Notes: a model not told the origin generated them from the letters alone. A stretch of DNA of 64,000 nt from Octopus vulgaris (GCA_951406725.2 OX597814.1:214954001-215018000), one strand, 5' to 3'. Positions 13,466 through 28,990 are shown, numbered from the stretch's first letter. A program made the numbers and translations.

Positions 13466-13625
13466 CGACAGGCTTCTTTCAGTTTCCGTCTACCAAATCC
13501 ACTCACAAGGCATTGGTCGGCCCGGAGCTATAGCAGAAGACACTTGCCCAAGATGCCACACAGTGAGACTGAACCCGGAACCATGTGGTTGGTAAGCAAG
13601 CTACTTACCACACAGCCACTCCTGC
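13194..13625 (-). mobile_element. SINE family A, full length
   Basis: Close match to 7882-8298. Confidence 0.93.
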
Positions 13626-14410
13626 TATTTGTCATTGTTAACATTTCGTTTTAATCCGACATGAATCTTGGCCAAATTATTATTATTATTTCCATTCATT
13701 ATTAAAAGTTTTTATTGAATGCTGTTTAGTTTCAACTTTTGTCTTGTACTTGAAATAATCATAAATATGTGAGTATTTAAGGGAATAGTAGGAGCAAGAT
13801 AGACAGCTTGGTGAAGAGATTAAATTTCACAGGTCTGTAAATAGATTCGGCAGATGATGAAGAGACCAGCAATGGGCATTCCTGTGTGATAAGGAGACAA
13901 CAGCAGCCTCATACCCTTGGGGTCAGCAGAGGTCAAATGTGTTTACTATTACTACTAGCGATCAATGAGAGCGCTGACCTTGGCCTTGAAAAGAACCAAA
14001 TCAGCTTGTTTTATTTTTAATTACTGATAGAAAATAAATTATATATACCCTATTTGCACCAAATCCAGAACTACTTGCCTCCCTTACACATAATCTTTAT
14101 TCTCAGGGACTAATAAACCTGACACCGTTCATCAATCGGTGTGCATTCAAAGCAATGATTGGTTGTATTCAAAGCAATGATTAGTAATTTACGAAACCGG
14201 TATGCTTTTAAATCTCTTTAATTCACAATAATGACTTTTAGTACTTTTATTCCTATCTCAGTTCATCTAATTGTATATCTATCTATCGTTACTTTCCATA
14301 AAAAGCCTCTACTTTTTTTGATTTCCGATGTGCATTTTCGCTTATTTTTCTTCTTACTTTCCCCTTATATTTCCACGTATAGTTTCTATTTTCTTTTTGT
14401 AACATATTTC

Positions 14411-14476
<66 letters not shown>

Positions 14477-14641
14477 TGATGTTCACCTCGTTGAATTTTT
14501 TTCTTTGAAATTATTCTTTTCTTCTTATAAGTTTTGCTGTGGTTTACAGTTTTTGTAATCGTACAGTTTATATATATTGGCAGGTGCTTACCTCCTTAAT
14601 TTTTTCTTTTTTTCGTCGGGCATTTAATTGTGTTGTTACAA

Positions 14642-14915
14642 TAAAAGGCATGTTTATATATTCGGGTAGTCAGGGAAAAAAAAAAGATAAAATTTCCACG
14701 CAAAATTGTAGTTATTAGACTTTCTAAATTTTTTTGAAATGTTCGTTTGTATGTCCGATGAGAGAAGACTAGTGTTTTTGTGATAAAAAGGATGTTTACA
14801 TTTTCGAATACTTAGGGAGGAAGGAAAGGAAAGAAAAGGAGGGTAAGATTATCACAGAAAATTGTAGATATTAAAGTTTTAGAATTTACTAAATATGATC
14901 TTCTGTATGTCAGAA
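14642..14915. repeat. Diverged ~140-bp tandem duplication
   Basis: TAAAAGGCATGTTTA...AAAATTGTAGTTATTAG...GTATGTC recurs as TAAAAAGGATGTTTA...AAAATTGTAGATATTAA...GTATGTC. Confidence 0.6.
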
Positions 14916-14921
14916 CAGACA

Positions 14922-15075
14922 GGATGGACAATCCTTGCTATATTGTCATGACATTTCTTATATTCTTGGCGTGGCGTACATTGACTGGTAATATGCCATA
15001 CGCTTTCACCATTTTGCCCACACATTTTGCACTTATCACTTTCTGATGTGTTGTCTATTCTGTATTTGATGAAAT
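14922..15075 (-). mobile_element. Isolated zinc-knuckle fragment of an R4/Dong LINE (same family as 10450-10600)
   Basis: CKMCGQNGESVWHITSQC..HDNIARIVH. Confidence 0.8.
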
Positions 15076-15142
15076 TGGTTCATTATTATTATTGTTATGG
15101 TTGTTGTTGTTGTTGTTTTTATTATTATTATTATCATTGTCA

Positions 15143-18203
<3,061 letters not shown>

Positions 18204-18320
18204 CATGTCGTCTTTTGTAATTGCGTTGTGCCAATTTCGAGCACTCGCTAACGATGTGCCATACCGTTTCACTCATCTAACTGCACATTCTGCATTTCTC
18301 GCTGTCGGAAGTATTCTGCA

Positions 18321-18322
<2 letters not shown>
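18204..18322 (-). mobile_element. Zinc-knuckle fragment of another R4/Dong copy, fused in frame to the preceding element
   Basis: CRMCS*MSETVWHIVSECSKLAQRNYKRRH. Confidence 0.75.
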
Positions 18323-18384
<62 letters not shown>

Positions 18385-18530
18385 TCTATAAAGATTGACG
18401 TAACTCTTCACGACGCAAATAGACAATAAGAAGAGTGCGATGCGATTTGTAATAAAGTTTGCTTACTTAACACGCTCTTCTTCTCCTTCTTCTTCTTCTT
18501 CTTCTTCTTCTTCTTCTTCTTCTTCTTCTT

Positions 18531-18613
<83 letters not shown>

Positions 18614-18779
18614 GTAAAGGACAAGCTACAAAAACAGTCAGCATTTACATAAAATGTGATTCGAGAAAACAAACAGAAACATTAAAAAAATAGTAGTATG
18701 ATAGAAAACATTGTGAAATGTCCTGAACTGAATCTAACTTCCACTGTCCCATATTACCTGGCGTAAGTGATGAACACCA

Positions 18780-19330
18780 TATCATTACGGATGCTAGTCT
18801 GGTCGTGCCAAGAAAATCCTTGGTCATCGGCTTCCGTCTCCGAGGATGAAGCAATTTGTCTTACCCTTCACAAACCTCCGACCGGTTGTGATGACCGTGG
18901 CGCTTGGGAAATAATAGCCTCTGGGATTTGCTATTCGTTTGCAGTACACGTCAATCCGTCTCTTCTGCATTTCCAACTCTTCAAAGCCCTGAATTAGCTT
19001 CTGTTCTCTGCCTTCTAACACTTTGTCATTGCTCTTCTTTTCATACCCACGGCAAGATACTGCACCGAAATGGCTATGGTGCGTATTGGGGGACATAGGG
19101 ACTTGGATACCTATACGAGACATATGACATTCCTCAAGCGCCATACTGTACTGACATGTTAAGAACGATCTAAAGGTTAGTGTCATATTGCGACGTGTCT
19201 TATATTGTATCACTAGCCTGTGGGTCGGGGAATGATGCAATAGCTGGGCGTGCTTCTACTACACGTACAAGGGTTTGAAAATCAAACATACGGTCTCATA
19301 AGCCCAGATGGAGATGTCGCTCAACAGAGT
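18780..19330 (-). pseudogene. Possible heavily decayed RLE-type LINE C-terminal region
   Basis: Weak knuckle-like peptide TLTFRSFLTCQYSMAL; GC-richer than the flanks. Confidence 0.25.
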
Positions 19331-20009
19331 GGTCAAGACTATCTCTAGTTGTTGCTTATAGAGCATAAGAAAAGTTGCTGTGTTTTTAAATAAGAAGAGA
19401 TATGAAACCATTCTGCTTGTTTTGGTCACGTATTGCTGCCATAGTGACTTTTCTCCCTTCGAAACCTCATATACATCTCCTTATTCTTACCAACTTTAGT
19501 GAAAAAATTGTGAACAGCCTATTCTATGTTGCTCAAAATAACACTTTAGCATATTAAATTTATCTTGTCTATTTTCTTTGGTAAAATGTGTGGGTTTGCT
19601 AATGTTGTTGATAACAATATTACTAAAATTGTTAAGATTTAAATGATAAAATACATTAATTGTTTTAGTTTGAGTTTTACTGGGAAATTAAATTTATTCA
19701 TTAAGTTTTTGCTTGCTCTACTTGTAACTACCTTCACTTCCATTATTTTTTTTCAAACAGCTGTTATTCTGTTACGAAGCACAGTTGGATGTAAACAAAT
19801 TTAAGACAAAAACAAAGTCCATCAATTACAGATCCCATGTCTTCCCGTCATGGAAGGGTACATGCCCAGTGCATTTCAGGAGGTTCCTTCTCGGATATTA
19901 TTCAAAAAGTAATATTAGTAAAAATGAAAAATCCTCTGTGAGTTTTGCAACATGTGTACTCGCCATAGATGTAGTACTAGTCATGACATTGATGATGCTG
20001 ATAATAATG

Positions 20010-20375
20010 ATTGCAAAATTTGGCACGAAGCCAGCAAATTCGGGGGAGCGGGGCTAGTTGGTTTCGTCGACTCCAGTGCTCAGCTGGTTCTTATTTTATC
20101 AACCCCGAAAGGATGAAAGGCAAAAATCAACTTCTGCGGAATTTGAACTCAGAACGTAAGGACGGACGATATACCGCTAAGCATTTTGCTCGGCGTGCTA
20201 ACAATTCTGTCAGACGGAAGGGGACAAGTAGATTACATCGCCCCCTAGTGTTTCATTGGTATTTAATTTATCGACTCCGAAAGGATGAAAGGCAAAGTCG
20301 ACCTCAGCGAAATTTGAACTCAGACGGACGAAATGCCGTTAAGTATTTTGCCTGGTGAGCTAACGATTCTACTTC
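20010..20375 (-). mobile_element. Two tandem partial SINE family B copies
   Basis: GAAAGGATGAAAGGCAAA...AATTTGAACTCAG occurs twice. Confidence 0.85.
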
Positions 20376-20376
20376 C

Positions 20377-20451
<75 letters not shown>

Positions 20452-20452
20452 T

Positions 20453-20978
20453 CCCTGATGCAATACAAGGCAGTGGCTCACATGGCTTTTGATCTTAACT
20501 GATTGGAAGTGATAATATGTACATGTTTTGTCTTGGTATGAAAGATGGTCTACAACAAATATTCTGCTCAATACCATAGATTTGCTTGTCAGTTGTTTGA
20601 CCATCACCAGTTGAGCCTGTCTCTTAGTGGATGACACTAAGTGCATCTCTAATCACGAGCAGAAGTAGTGAGAAAGCATCATAGCCATGTGTTGAAAGGA
20701 ATTCTTTGGGTTTGAATAATTCACCTCTGGAAACATATGTGTTTCGTTCAACATCCTTAGAGACCTTTTGAGCGGGGTGGTCTACTTGACATGAAGAAAA
20801 TTCTAACTGGGCCCCACTTCAAGGTCATGTACTTTTTATCTTGATATGAGATCACCATGTCGCGCACATATGGTTGTGATACATGTACCTGCTGTACACT
20901 TATAAGACGGGTAGTCATGATGGGTATACTGGGTTTCGTATATTTTACACCTTGATGGCATGCACTGCTCCCCCACTC
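20453..20978 (+). mobile_element. ~530-bp non-coding interspersed element ending in (AAT)n, copy 1
   Basis: CCCTGATGCA...ATGGCATGCACTGCTC..CACTC(AAT)n; colinear with 55814-56360. Confidence 0.85.
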
Positions 20979-21044
<66 letters not shown>

Positions 21045-21488
21045 CCTTTCTGCAATTCCTGTTCTCCGACAGGTCTATACTTAGAGCGGTTCCATCCTCT
21101 GTTGCAATTTTTGCAACTTTCATCCATCTTTCAATAAATTTACTCGAGAATAGCACCTCCATCTCCACCCTCACTTTCATTTTCAAGTGAAAGTCGAGAA
21201 AGTCCGCGAGGGCTCTACACAAGAGAAACGTCTCTGTCCTTACACCTTTCAGCCTCGTACGAAATCACGTCATACTTTTTATCCACTCAGAGGCCTTGAT
21301 AGAACTAAACTCAAACCAACGTAAATGGACCACTAATTCAATGACCGACGATACTGCTACTGGTTAACTATGACTTACTGTACAAGTTACCGACTTTGAA
21401 GCTTTCTGATTTGTCTTAGTTTACGAGCACTTCTGTTACTAATTCTAATTTTCTACCAACTAATTTAAGTTCCGATGTGACCAATACC

Positions 21489-21720
21489 TATTTCTTTATT
21501 ACCCACAAGGGGCTAAACATAGAGGGGACAAACAAGGACAGAAGGCATAGGTATTAAGTCGATTACATCGACCCCAGTGCGTAAGTGGTACTTAATTTAT
21601 CGACCCCGAAAGGATGAAAGGTAAAGTCGACCTCGGCGTAATTTGAACTCAGAACGTAACGACAGACGAAATACCGCTAAGCGTTTCGCCCGGCGCGCTA
21701 ACGTTTCTGCCAGCTCGCCG
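21489..21720 (-). mobile_element. SINE family B, full length, with TSD
   Basis: (CCG)ATGTGACCAATACC at 21472-21488 and 21718-21734. Confidence 0.95.
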
Positions 21721-22164
21721 ATGTGACCAATACCACCATAATGACGGCACCGAGCATATCGTCCTGATATCCTGATATCCCTGCGTTTCAGCATGCTTGG
21801 GATGCTTCTCAGTCCTACCGTTTTCTGTAGTAGTAGTAGTAGTAGCTCATCGTCAAAATGTATGGCGACAATGAGAGTAGACACTCTTAACAGACCGTCT
21901 GTTGGTTAGTTCCAAATAACATCAATTATGATATGCATCGTCAAAATAAATTATTGGTTTGCATCTGAAGATTTATTTCTTCGGTTATAAGCGTATGAGA
22001 ATGTTAAAAGTAGAATCTCTCTTGAGAAATTCAAGTCAACAAGTGGCAAAACGTCTTATATTTTTAATGATAAATATGCTGATACATATGTTTGCGAAAA
22101 TGTACATATTTATCTTGGCGTACGGCCGTGTGTATCTAAGCATATATACATATACCACTCACGC

Positions 22165-22221
<57 letters not shown>

Positions 22222-22234
22222 TATATATGTGCAA

Positions 22235-22464
22235 GACGGCGAGCTGGTAGAAACGTTAGCACGCCGGGCGAAATTCGTAGCCGTATTTCGTCTGTCGTTA
22301 CGTTCCGAGTTCAAATTCCGCCGAGGTCGACTTTGCCTTTCATCCTTTCGGGGTCGATAAATTAAGTACCAGTTACGCACTGGAGTCGATGTAGTCGACT
22401 TAATCCCTTTGTCTGTCCTTGTTTGTCCCCTCTGTGTTTAGCCCCTTGTGGGTAGTAAAGAAAT
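22235..22464 (+). mobile_element. SINE family B, full length
   Basis: GACGGCGAGCTGGTAGAAACGTTAGC...GAGTTCAAATTCC...GGGTAGTAAAGAAAT. Confidence 0.93.
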
Positions 22465-22643
22465 ATATATATATATGTGTGGTGCCTCATGTAACCGAGG
22501 AAGACCATTACTGGCCATTAAGAACATTGTGTTCTCAAACAAATTTATACTTTTCATTCGTAGCTCAGCTGGTGACTAATAAGCCAAGCCCTTGATAAAC
22601 AATCACATTAGCAGATATTGCAGATCAAGTTCCCCCATTCCTT

Positions 22644-22707
<64 letters not shown>

Positions 22708-22716
22708 GCGCACATA

Positions 22717-24072
22717 CATGAGGGGCGGCTGTAAAGTTCATAGGCCGACCAAGATACTGTTATGGGATGTGACCAATTGAGGTTTATTTTTCAACATAGT
22801 TCCCTTTGAGGTCCATACAATTATTCTATCGGTGTTGCTGTGCTTGGATCCCATTGGTGAACAAGCTTTGATTCTATTGGTCAATAAAGTCAGCAGCAGA
22901 TATGACGTCATCATCACTGTCGTACTGGTTCCCAAGCCTAGTTGTTTTTTTTTTACATGCTGGGGAATGCATGATAGTCAGATGGGGTCAAATGAGGAAG
23001 ATAGCGAAGGTGATCAACCAGTTCAAAGCCACAGTCAGACAAAACAACCAATGAAACCATTGAAACGTCTGTGTCGGAGCATTGTACTGATGAAAGAAGG
23101 TCGCTTTCGTCAGTTTTCTTGGAAGTTTGGTCTTGATAGCCTTTCGTAACTGCCTCAAAAATTTGACATAGTACTCTCCATTATTGCTGTAGCCCTTTTG
23201 AGGATGGATAGTCAATAAACACAATGTCGCTTACTTCCCCAAAAACCGAGTCCATCACATTCCCTGCTGATGAAACGACTTTGGACATCTTTGGGACAGG
23301 TGAGAAGGGAGTATTTCCACTGCATGGATTATCTTTTTGCCTTTAGCGCAAAGTGATGAAGCTAACGTTTATCTTGGGTTAGAAAACGTTCAAGGAAACT
23401 GACACAATGTCAGATTTTTCCCATGATGTGATCAGTCTGGTGTGCTTTTGATCAGGTGTCAAACGATGTGGTAGCCACCGAATAAAAGCTTTCGTCAAGC
23501 CAAATATATTGTGCAGAATTGGCTATTTGATTTATAGCCAATCGCCTGTTATTCTTTACTATATGGTGACTGTTTTCCTTTTGTAGCGGTTGCAGGAAGT
23601 GCAAAATTTGGATCGTGTTCAAAACTCCTCCTCCCCCTCCCTCCTCCTCTCCCCCCACCAACACCACCAACACCTCCTCCTCCCCACCCCCTCCTCCTCC
23701 CCACCCCCTCCTCCTCCTTTATTCAGTAGCCCACTTTTGCACTGTTGACGAAGCTTAGAGTGTCATCCCCTATTGTAGCAAGCATGTCAGCTTGAATGCC
23801 GTTGGGGACTAAAACCTTTTTCTTCTGCAGGTTCTTTAAGAACGCCACGATGTCAAATATAGTCGACGTTCAAGAGAAGTCGTCACTAGTTACGTTTGAA
23901 GTGTTCCTTTAAAGAGTCAGATATCAGTTTACTTGGAGAAAAACGATGCAGTTATTAATAAGAAACAATGCAGTTATTAATAAGATGAGCTGAAATTAAT
24001 GCGTGCAAGATTTTAGAGTTCTAGCATCACTCCTTCACAGTTAGTCTATGAAGTTTTAAACTCATCCTTGTG
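22717..24072 (-). mobile_element. Near full-length decayed mariner (Tc1/mariner DD34D) transposon; TA TSD
   Basis: Degenerate TIRs CATGAGGGGCGGCTGTAAAGTTCATAGG and CACAAGGATGAGTTTAAAACTTCATAGA; length ~1.36 kb; motifs FLERFLTQD, SMQWK, NGEYY..LRQLRKAIKTK, FHQYNAP, HLRYLPHLTPSDY (YSPDLAPSD). Confidence 0.9.
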
Positions 24073-24104
24073 TATATTCTGGAGACTGTCAGAATAATGT
24101 GGAC

Positions 24105-24147
24105 GCCTGTGATGAGAACCCAATAAGGTTCGAAAATCGATTAAGGT
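24105..24147 (+). ncRNA. Type-I hammerhead ribozyme motif, C3-to-G variant
   Basis: GCCT-GTGATGA-GAACC(CAATAA)GGTTC-GAAA-ATCGAT-TA-AGGT. Confidence 0.7.
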
Positions 24148-24184
24148 TCGAAAATCGATTAAGGTTCGAAAATCGATTAAGGTT
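24124..24184. repeat. Perfect 18-bp tandem repeat, 3.4 copies
   Basis: TAAGGTTCGAAAATCGAT. Confidence 0.95.
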
Positions 24185-24467
24185 GATCATCGCTTTTTCA
24201 GTTTGCGGAGAAATGGCTAAAATTTGCCTTGTTTATATATATTATACCATATGTTACACACACACACACACATACACTCAAGTGTATGTGTGGTGTGTGC
24301 GTGTACGTGTGTAGTTTTTCTAACAGCTGGAACTCGAAGTAGATAACGCTTTGAATAATAGCGTGTAAAATATTTGATAATGCCCTTGGATCAAAAAAGT
24401 CGAAGTCTTCACATGTATGTATGTATACGCACACAAACACAAATATATATATACACATATACCTACA

Positions 24468-24500
<33 letters not shown>

Positions 24501-24503
<3 letters not shown>

Positions 24504-24705
24504 GGGAAGCTTTGTGAAAATAAACAAAAGACGAAGGCAGGTAGAGTACAAACAAACAATTGTATTAGTATGGCGCTCAGGAATATAAATAAAACAAGTC
24601 TTTTACGTTTCGAGCCTACGCTCTTCAACAGAAAAGAAACACGGAAAAGAAACACGGAGAGAAACAAGGAGAGAAAAAAATGCGTGCAGAAGCTAGCGAT
24701 TCAAC
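24501..24705 (-). mobile_element. ~200-bp hammerhead-bearing Penelope-like element next to (TA)n
   Basis: Reverse complement of 24600-24636: TTTT-CTGTTGA-A-GAGCGTAGGCTC-GAAAC-GTA-AAAG. Confidence 0.72.
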
Positions 24706-24719
24706 ATATAGATATATAG

Positions 24720-24764
<45 letters not shown>

Positions 24765-24802
24765 GTGTGTTTTTATTCATTTCCTACTATACCTTTGAAA
24801 AT

Positions 24803-24847
<45 letters not shown>

Positions 24848-25365
24848 ACATTGTGCGGATGACCGCAAAAAAAAACTACTTTAATAACATCAATCTTCAT
24901 TATATTTTGATTCTGGTATAATAAAGAAGATGCAATTACGTCTAAGGTCATAGTTGAGTGACTTGACCTTGGTGATGCCTTCAATGACGGGCAAAATTCG
25001 AATATAATTACAGAAGGTGATGCACCCAAATTTAAACACCGTAAATAACTTGTTCCCAAGTCTCAACCGATCATATCAAAGTTACCTTATAAATAATTCA
25101 GTACTATTAATTTTAATCTTATTTGTTCTTGAAATATTTGTCTTTTCTCTTCGCGTCTTCTTTCTGCATTCCTCATCTCCGTATCCAATAAACACAACAA
25201 GAAATGAAAAAAACATTGTCTTATACTTCTTAAAGCATCTTAACTGTTTATACTCATCTGCTGAGGTTTACTGATTTCTGTTTGTTTAAGCCTTTATTTA
25301 TAATAGTGTTCCCAGATCATTTCTTGTCTTCTGCTTTTACACGTGATAAATATGGTATTTGCAAC

Positions 25366-25600
25366 TCTCTTTACTCTCTCTCTCTTTTACTCTTTTACTT
25401 GTTTCAGTCATTTTGACTGCGGCCATGCTGGAGCACCGCCTTTAGTCGAGCAAATCGACCCCGGGACTTATTCTTTGTATAAGCCCAGTACTTATTCTAT
25501 CGGTCTCTTTTGCCGAACCGCTAGGTGGCGGGGACGTAAACGCACCAGCATCGGTTGTCAAGCAATGCTAGGGAGACAAACACAGACACACAAAACATAT

Positions 25601-25652
<52 letters not shown>

Positions 25653-25877
25653 GCGGCGAGCTGGCAGAAACGTTAGCACGCCGGACGAAATGAGTAGCCG
25701 TATTTCGTCTGCCGTTACATTCTGAGTTCAAATTCCGCCGAGGTCGACTTTGCCTTTCATCCTTTCGGGGTCGATAAATTAAGTACCAGTTACGCACTGG
25801 GGTCGATGTAATCGACTTAATCCGTTTGTCTGTCCTTGTTTGTCCTCTCTGTGTTTAGCCCCTTGTGGACAATAAAG

Positions 25878-25908
<31 letters not shown>

Positions 25909-26065
25909 CGACTGGCTTCTTTTCAGTTTCCGTCTACCAAATCCACTCACAAGGCATTGGTCGGCCCGAGGCTATAGCAGAAGACACTTGCCCAAGATGC
26001 CACGCAGTGGGACTGCTCCCGGAACCATGTGGTTCGTAAGCAAGCTACTTACCACACAGCCACTC
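25366..26065 (-). mobile_element. SINE family A with a nested family B copy
   Basis: A tail at 25366-25620, A head at 25905-26065. Confidence 0.92.
25652..25881 (+). mobile_element. SINE family B inserted in the (TA)n of SINE A
   Basis: Full GGCGGCGAGCTGGCAG...AATAAAGAAAT with (TA)n on both sides. Confidence 0.95.
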
Positions 26066-26332
26066 AGATCTTAGAGCTTTCATTAATAATTTTATTTTAC
26101 CTGTTTATATTTATCTGCTGAAGTTCACTGATATCTGTTTATTTAAGCCTTCGCTGGTTTATTTGTCTTCAGATATAATTTCTTTGTTGCTTTTATAAGT
26201 GGTAAATATAACATCTGCAATTGTTTCATGTTTAGAACTTTCATCAGTAACTTTACTTTCATTATTTCGTTAGTTCATTCAATTTATGTTTTACTTCTCT
26301 CATAATATACTCTATTGTATCCTTACTCTGGC

Positions 26333-26692
26333 TAGGGCAGCGGACTGGCGGTCATAGGATAGCGGTTTCGATTCCCAGACCGGGCGTTGTGAGTGTTTAT
26401 TGAGCGAAAACACATAAAGCTCCACGAGGCTCCGGCAGGGATAGTGGTGATCCCTGCTGTACTCTTTCACCACAACTTTCTCTCACTCTTACTTCCTGTT
26501 TCTGTTGTACCTGTATTTCAAAGGGCCGGCCTTGTCACTCTCTGTGTCACGCTGAATATCCCCGAGAACTATGTTAAGGGTACACGTGTCTGTGGAGTGC
26601 TCATCCACTTACACATTAATTTCACGAGCAGGCTGTTCCGTTGATTCGGATCAACCGGAACCCTCGTCGTCGTAACCGACGGAGTGCTTCCA
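26333..26692 (+). mobile_element. SINE family C (tail type 1), slightly 5'-truncated
   Basis: TAGGGCAGCGGACT..GGTTTCGATTCCC...GTAACCGACGGAGTGCTTC. Confidence 0.92.
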
Positions 26693-27880
26693 TCCATCCA
26701 TCCAAAGATGGTAAAATGCATTGAACAAGGTTAAAAGCAATGATGGTTGAAAAACAGACGAGAAAAAAGTAGATATGGATGCAAATAAAGTGCAAAATAC
26801 ATGGAGTTAAATTTTGAAAACTGAAGAAAAGCAAACATTAGACATAAATTTAAAGGTTAAAGCGAAAAATGTAGAGCAGGACGCAATCTGAAATCGGAAA
26901 GCACTAAAGATATTAAAATTATAATCGAGATATAATAGAAAAATGCGCCAGACTATATACAGAACAGCTATAAAGAAGGGGAATTGTAACAAATCTCAAC
27001 TGTACACTAAGTCCAATAATGTATTAAAATACTCTTAGAGGGAAAATTTTTTATAAATTGAATGTCGTAAAATATTCTCTTATGTAATACAGAAAAGCTA
27101 TTCCAAAATAGATGAGAAATTTAAATCAACACAAGCATGCAACTGTGCAATAATAAAATCTTAACAAATGAAAACGTAATCAAAATGAATACACAGGATA
27201 AGGTTCCTATTGTCGGAGAAATAATCGATGATAGAGAATGCATAAGCGAACAGAACAAAATCTTGATAAATAAATAAGTAAATAAGGAGAAGATGGAAAA
27301 AAGGGGTATAAAGCAACCTAAATTATTTAGTTTAGAGATATGAAACAAAAACCCAAAAAAAAACTAATGAAGGCTACTGTAAAAACACAGCTTAAAAACA
27401 AATGTTGAGTTTCAGACCAAAGGAAAACTAGAATATATATAAATGTTAATAATTCTGTGAACGAAAAAACAAAAAAAACTGTTTAATACTAATTCTTTTA
27501 AAAAAAAATGTTTCTTCGATCGTCAATAATTGACCCCCACCCACTCTCTCTTCTCCCCCACCCCCAACAAGCACACGAACGAGAAAGCTAAAATATAGTT
27601 TTATTCTGCTTGTTACAACATGCGCCCGATTGTTATGCTTATCTAAGGAACGAAACTGAAGACATCCAACATTTAACAACGAAACAAGCTTGAGTGTTAC
27701 GCTTTAAACAATCTTAACAATAGAAAGCGCAATCGAAATATTTAACTTATTGCAACAAAGTTGTAAATAACTATAAATTCATGATTATAGATAGAAGTAA
27801 GAACGTTTATGAAATGTGAAATTTCCATCCACCCCTCTAGTACTAATAAATGGAATAGGAGTTAAATTCACTTAAAAATT

Positions 27881-28272
27881 CATGTTTTCTACTCTAGGCA
27901 CAAGGCACGAAATTATTAGGGGTGGGGGGCAGTCGATTAGATCGACCCCAGTACGGAACTGGTACTTAATTTGTCGACCCTGAAAGGCAAAGTCGACTTC
28001 GGTGGAATTTGAACTCAGAACATAAAGACTGACGAAATACCTATTTCTTTACTACCCACAAGGGGCTAAACACAGAGAGGACAAACAAGGACAGACAAAC
28101 AGATTAAGTCGATTATATCGACCCCAGTGCGTAACTGGTACTTATTTAATCGACCCCGACAGGATGAAAGGCAAAGTCGACCTCGGCGGAATTTGATCTC
28201 AGAACGTAACGGCAGACGAAATACCGCTAAGCATTTCGCCCGGTGTGCTAACGGTTCTGCCAGCTCGCCGCC
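27881..28272 (-). mobile_element. Dimeric SINE family B flanked by a 14-bp TSD
   Basis: TTCACTTAAAAATT at 27867-27880 and 28273-28286; internal junction GAAATAC|CTATTTCTTTACTACCC at ~28040. Confidence 0.92.
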
Positions 28273-28366
28273 TTCACTTAAAAATTAATATAACAGCAAT
28301 TGCATTACAGTAAAGTTTAAGAACCAACACACATGTATATGCACTTTTCTTATTTTATGGCACCAT

Positions 28367-28990
28367 AGTAGCGATCTGACAGAAACGTTAGCGCGCCGGA
28401 TAAAATGCTTAATTGCATTTTTTACAGCTTTACGTTCTGAGTTCAAATGCTGCCAAAGTCGACTTTTCTCTTTATCCTTTCGGTGGGGTTGAGAAGATAA
28501 GTACCAATTCAGGTATATGGCAGAAGGCATTATTTTATACTACTGTAGTAGTGACCTGGCCGAATTGTTAGGGCACCAGACAAAATGCTGCATTTCTTTT
28601 GACTTTACGTTCTGAGTTCAAATGCTGCTGAGATCAGCTTTGAGTTTCATTCTTTTGGGGTCAATAAAATAAATACCAGTCGAGCACTGGAGTTATATAG
28701 ATGTCTATTCCCCTCTCAGCAAATTTCAAGCTTGCACCTATAAGAGAAAGAATTATTTTATGCCAGTAATGTTTGTTTCTATTTATAGGCACAAGAATGG
28801 AAATTTTTGGGGAGGAGACTGGTCGTTTACGTCGACTCCACTGCTCAACTGGTAGTTATTCGATCGACCCCGAGAAGATGAAACGCAAATTCGACTTCGG
28901 CGGAATTCGAACTTAGAGCGAAAAGCTGGAAGAAATACTTCGAATAATTTTGTCTGGCGCGCAAATATTCTACCAGTTCACTGCCTTTGT
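28367..28990. mobile_element. Cluster of three older SINE family B copies (+, +, -)
   Basis: TACGTTCTGAGTTCAAAT at ~28430 and ~28605; reverse copy at 28775-28990. Confidence 0.75.

Larger units (their letters stand above)
25240..26270. repeat. Diverged ~165-bp tandem duplication split by the SINE A/B nest
   Basis: ATCTGCTGAGGTTTACTGATTTCTGTTTGTTTAAGCC (~25256) versus ATCTGCTGAAGTTCACTGATATCTGTTTATTTAAGCC (~26113). Confidence 0.6.

Noticed and set aside
23267-23290. CTGATGAAAC
   Set aside because: No helix II; antisense of mariner coding sequence
24124-24184. Partly palindromic repeat array suggestive of CRISPR
   Set aside because: No spacers and no cas genes; eukaryotic context; explained as a duplicated hammerhead half
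26213-26250. Minus-strand CTGATGA...GAAAC-AATT-GCA hammerhead-like string
   Set aside because: Helix I does not pair, helix II is weak, the triplet is not UH, and the paralogous repeat unit lacks the core
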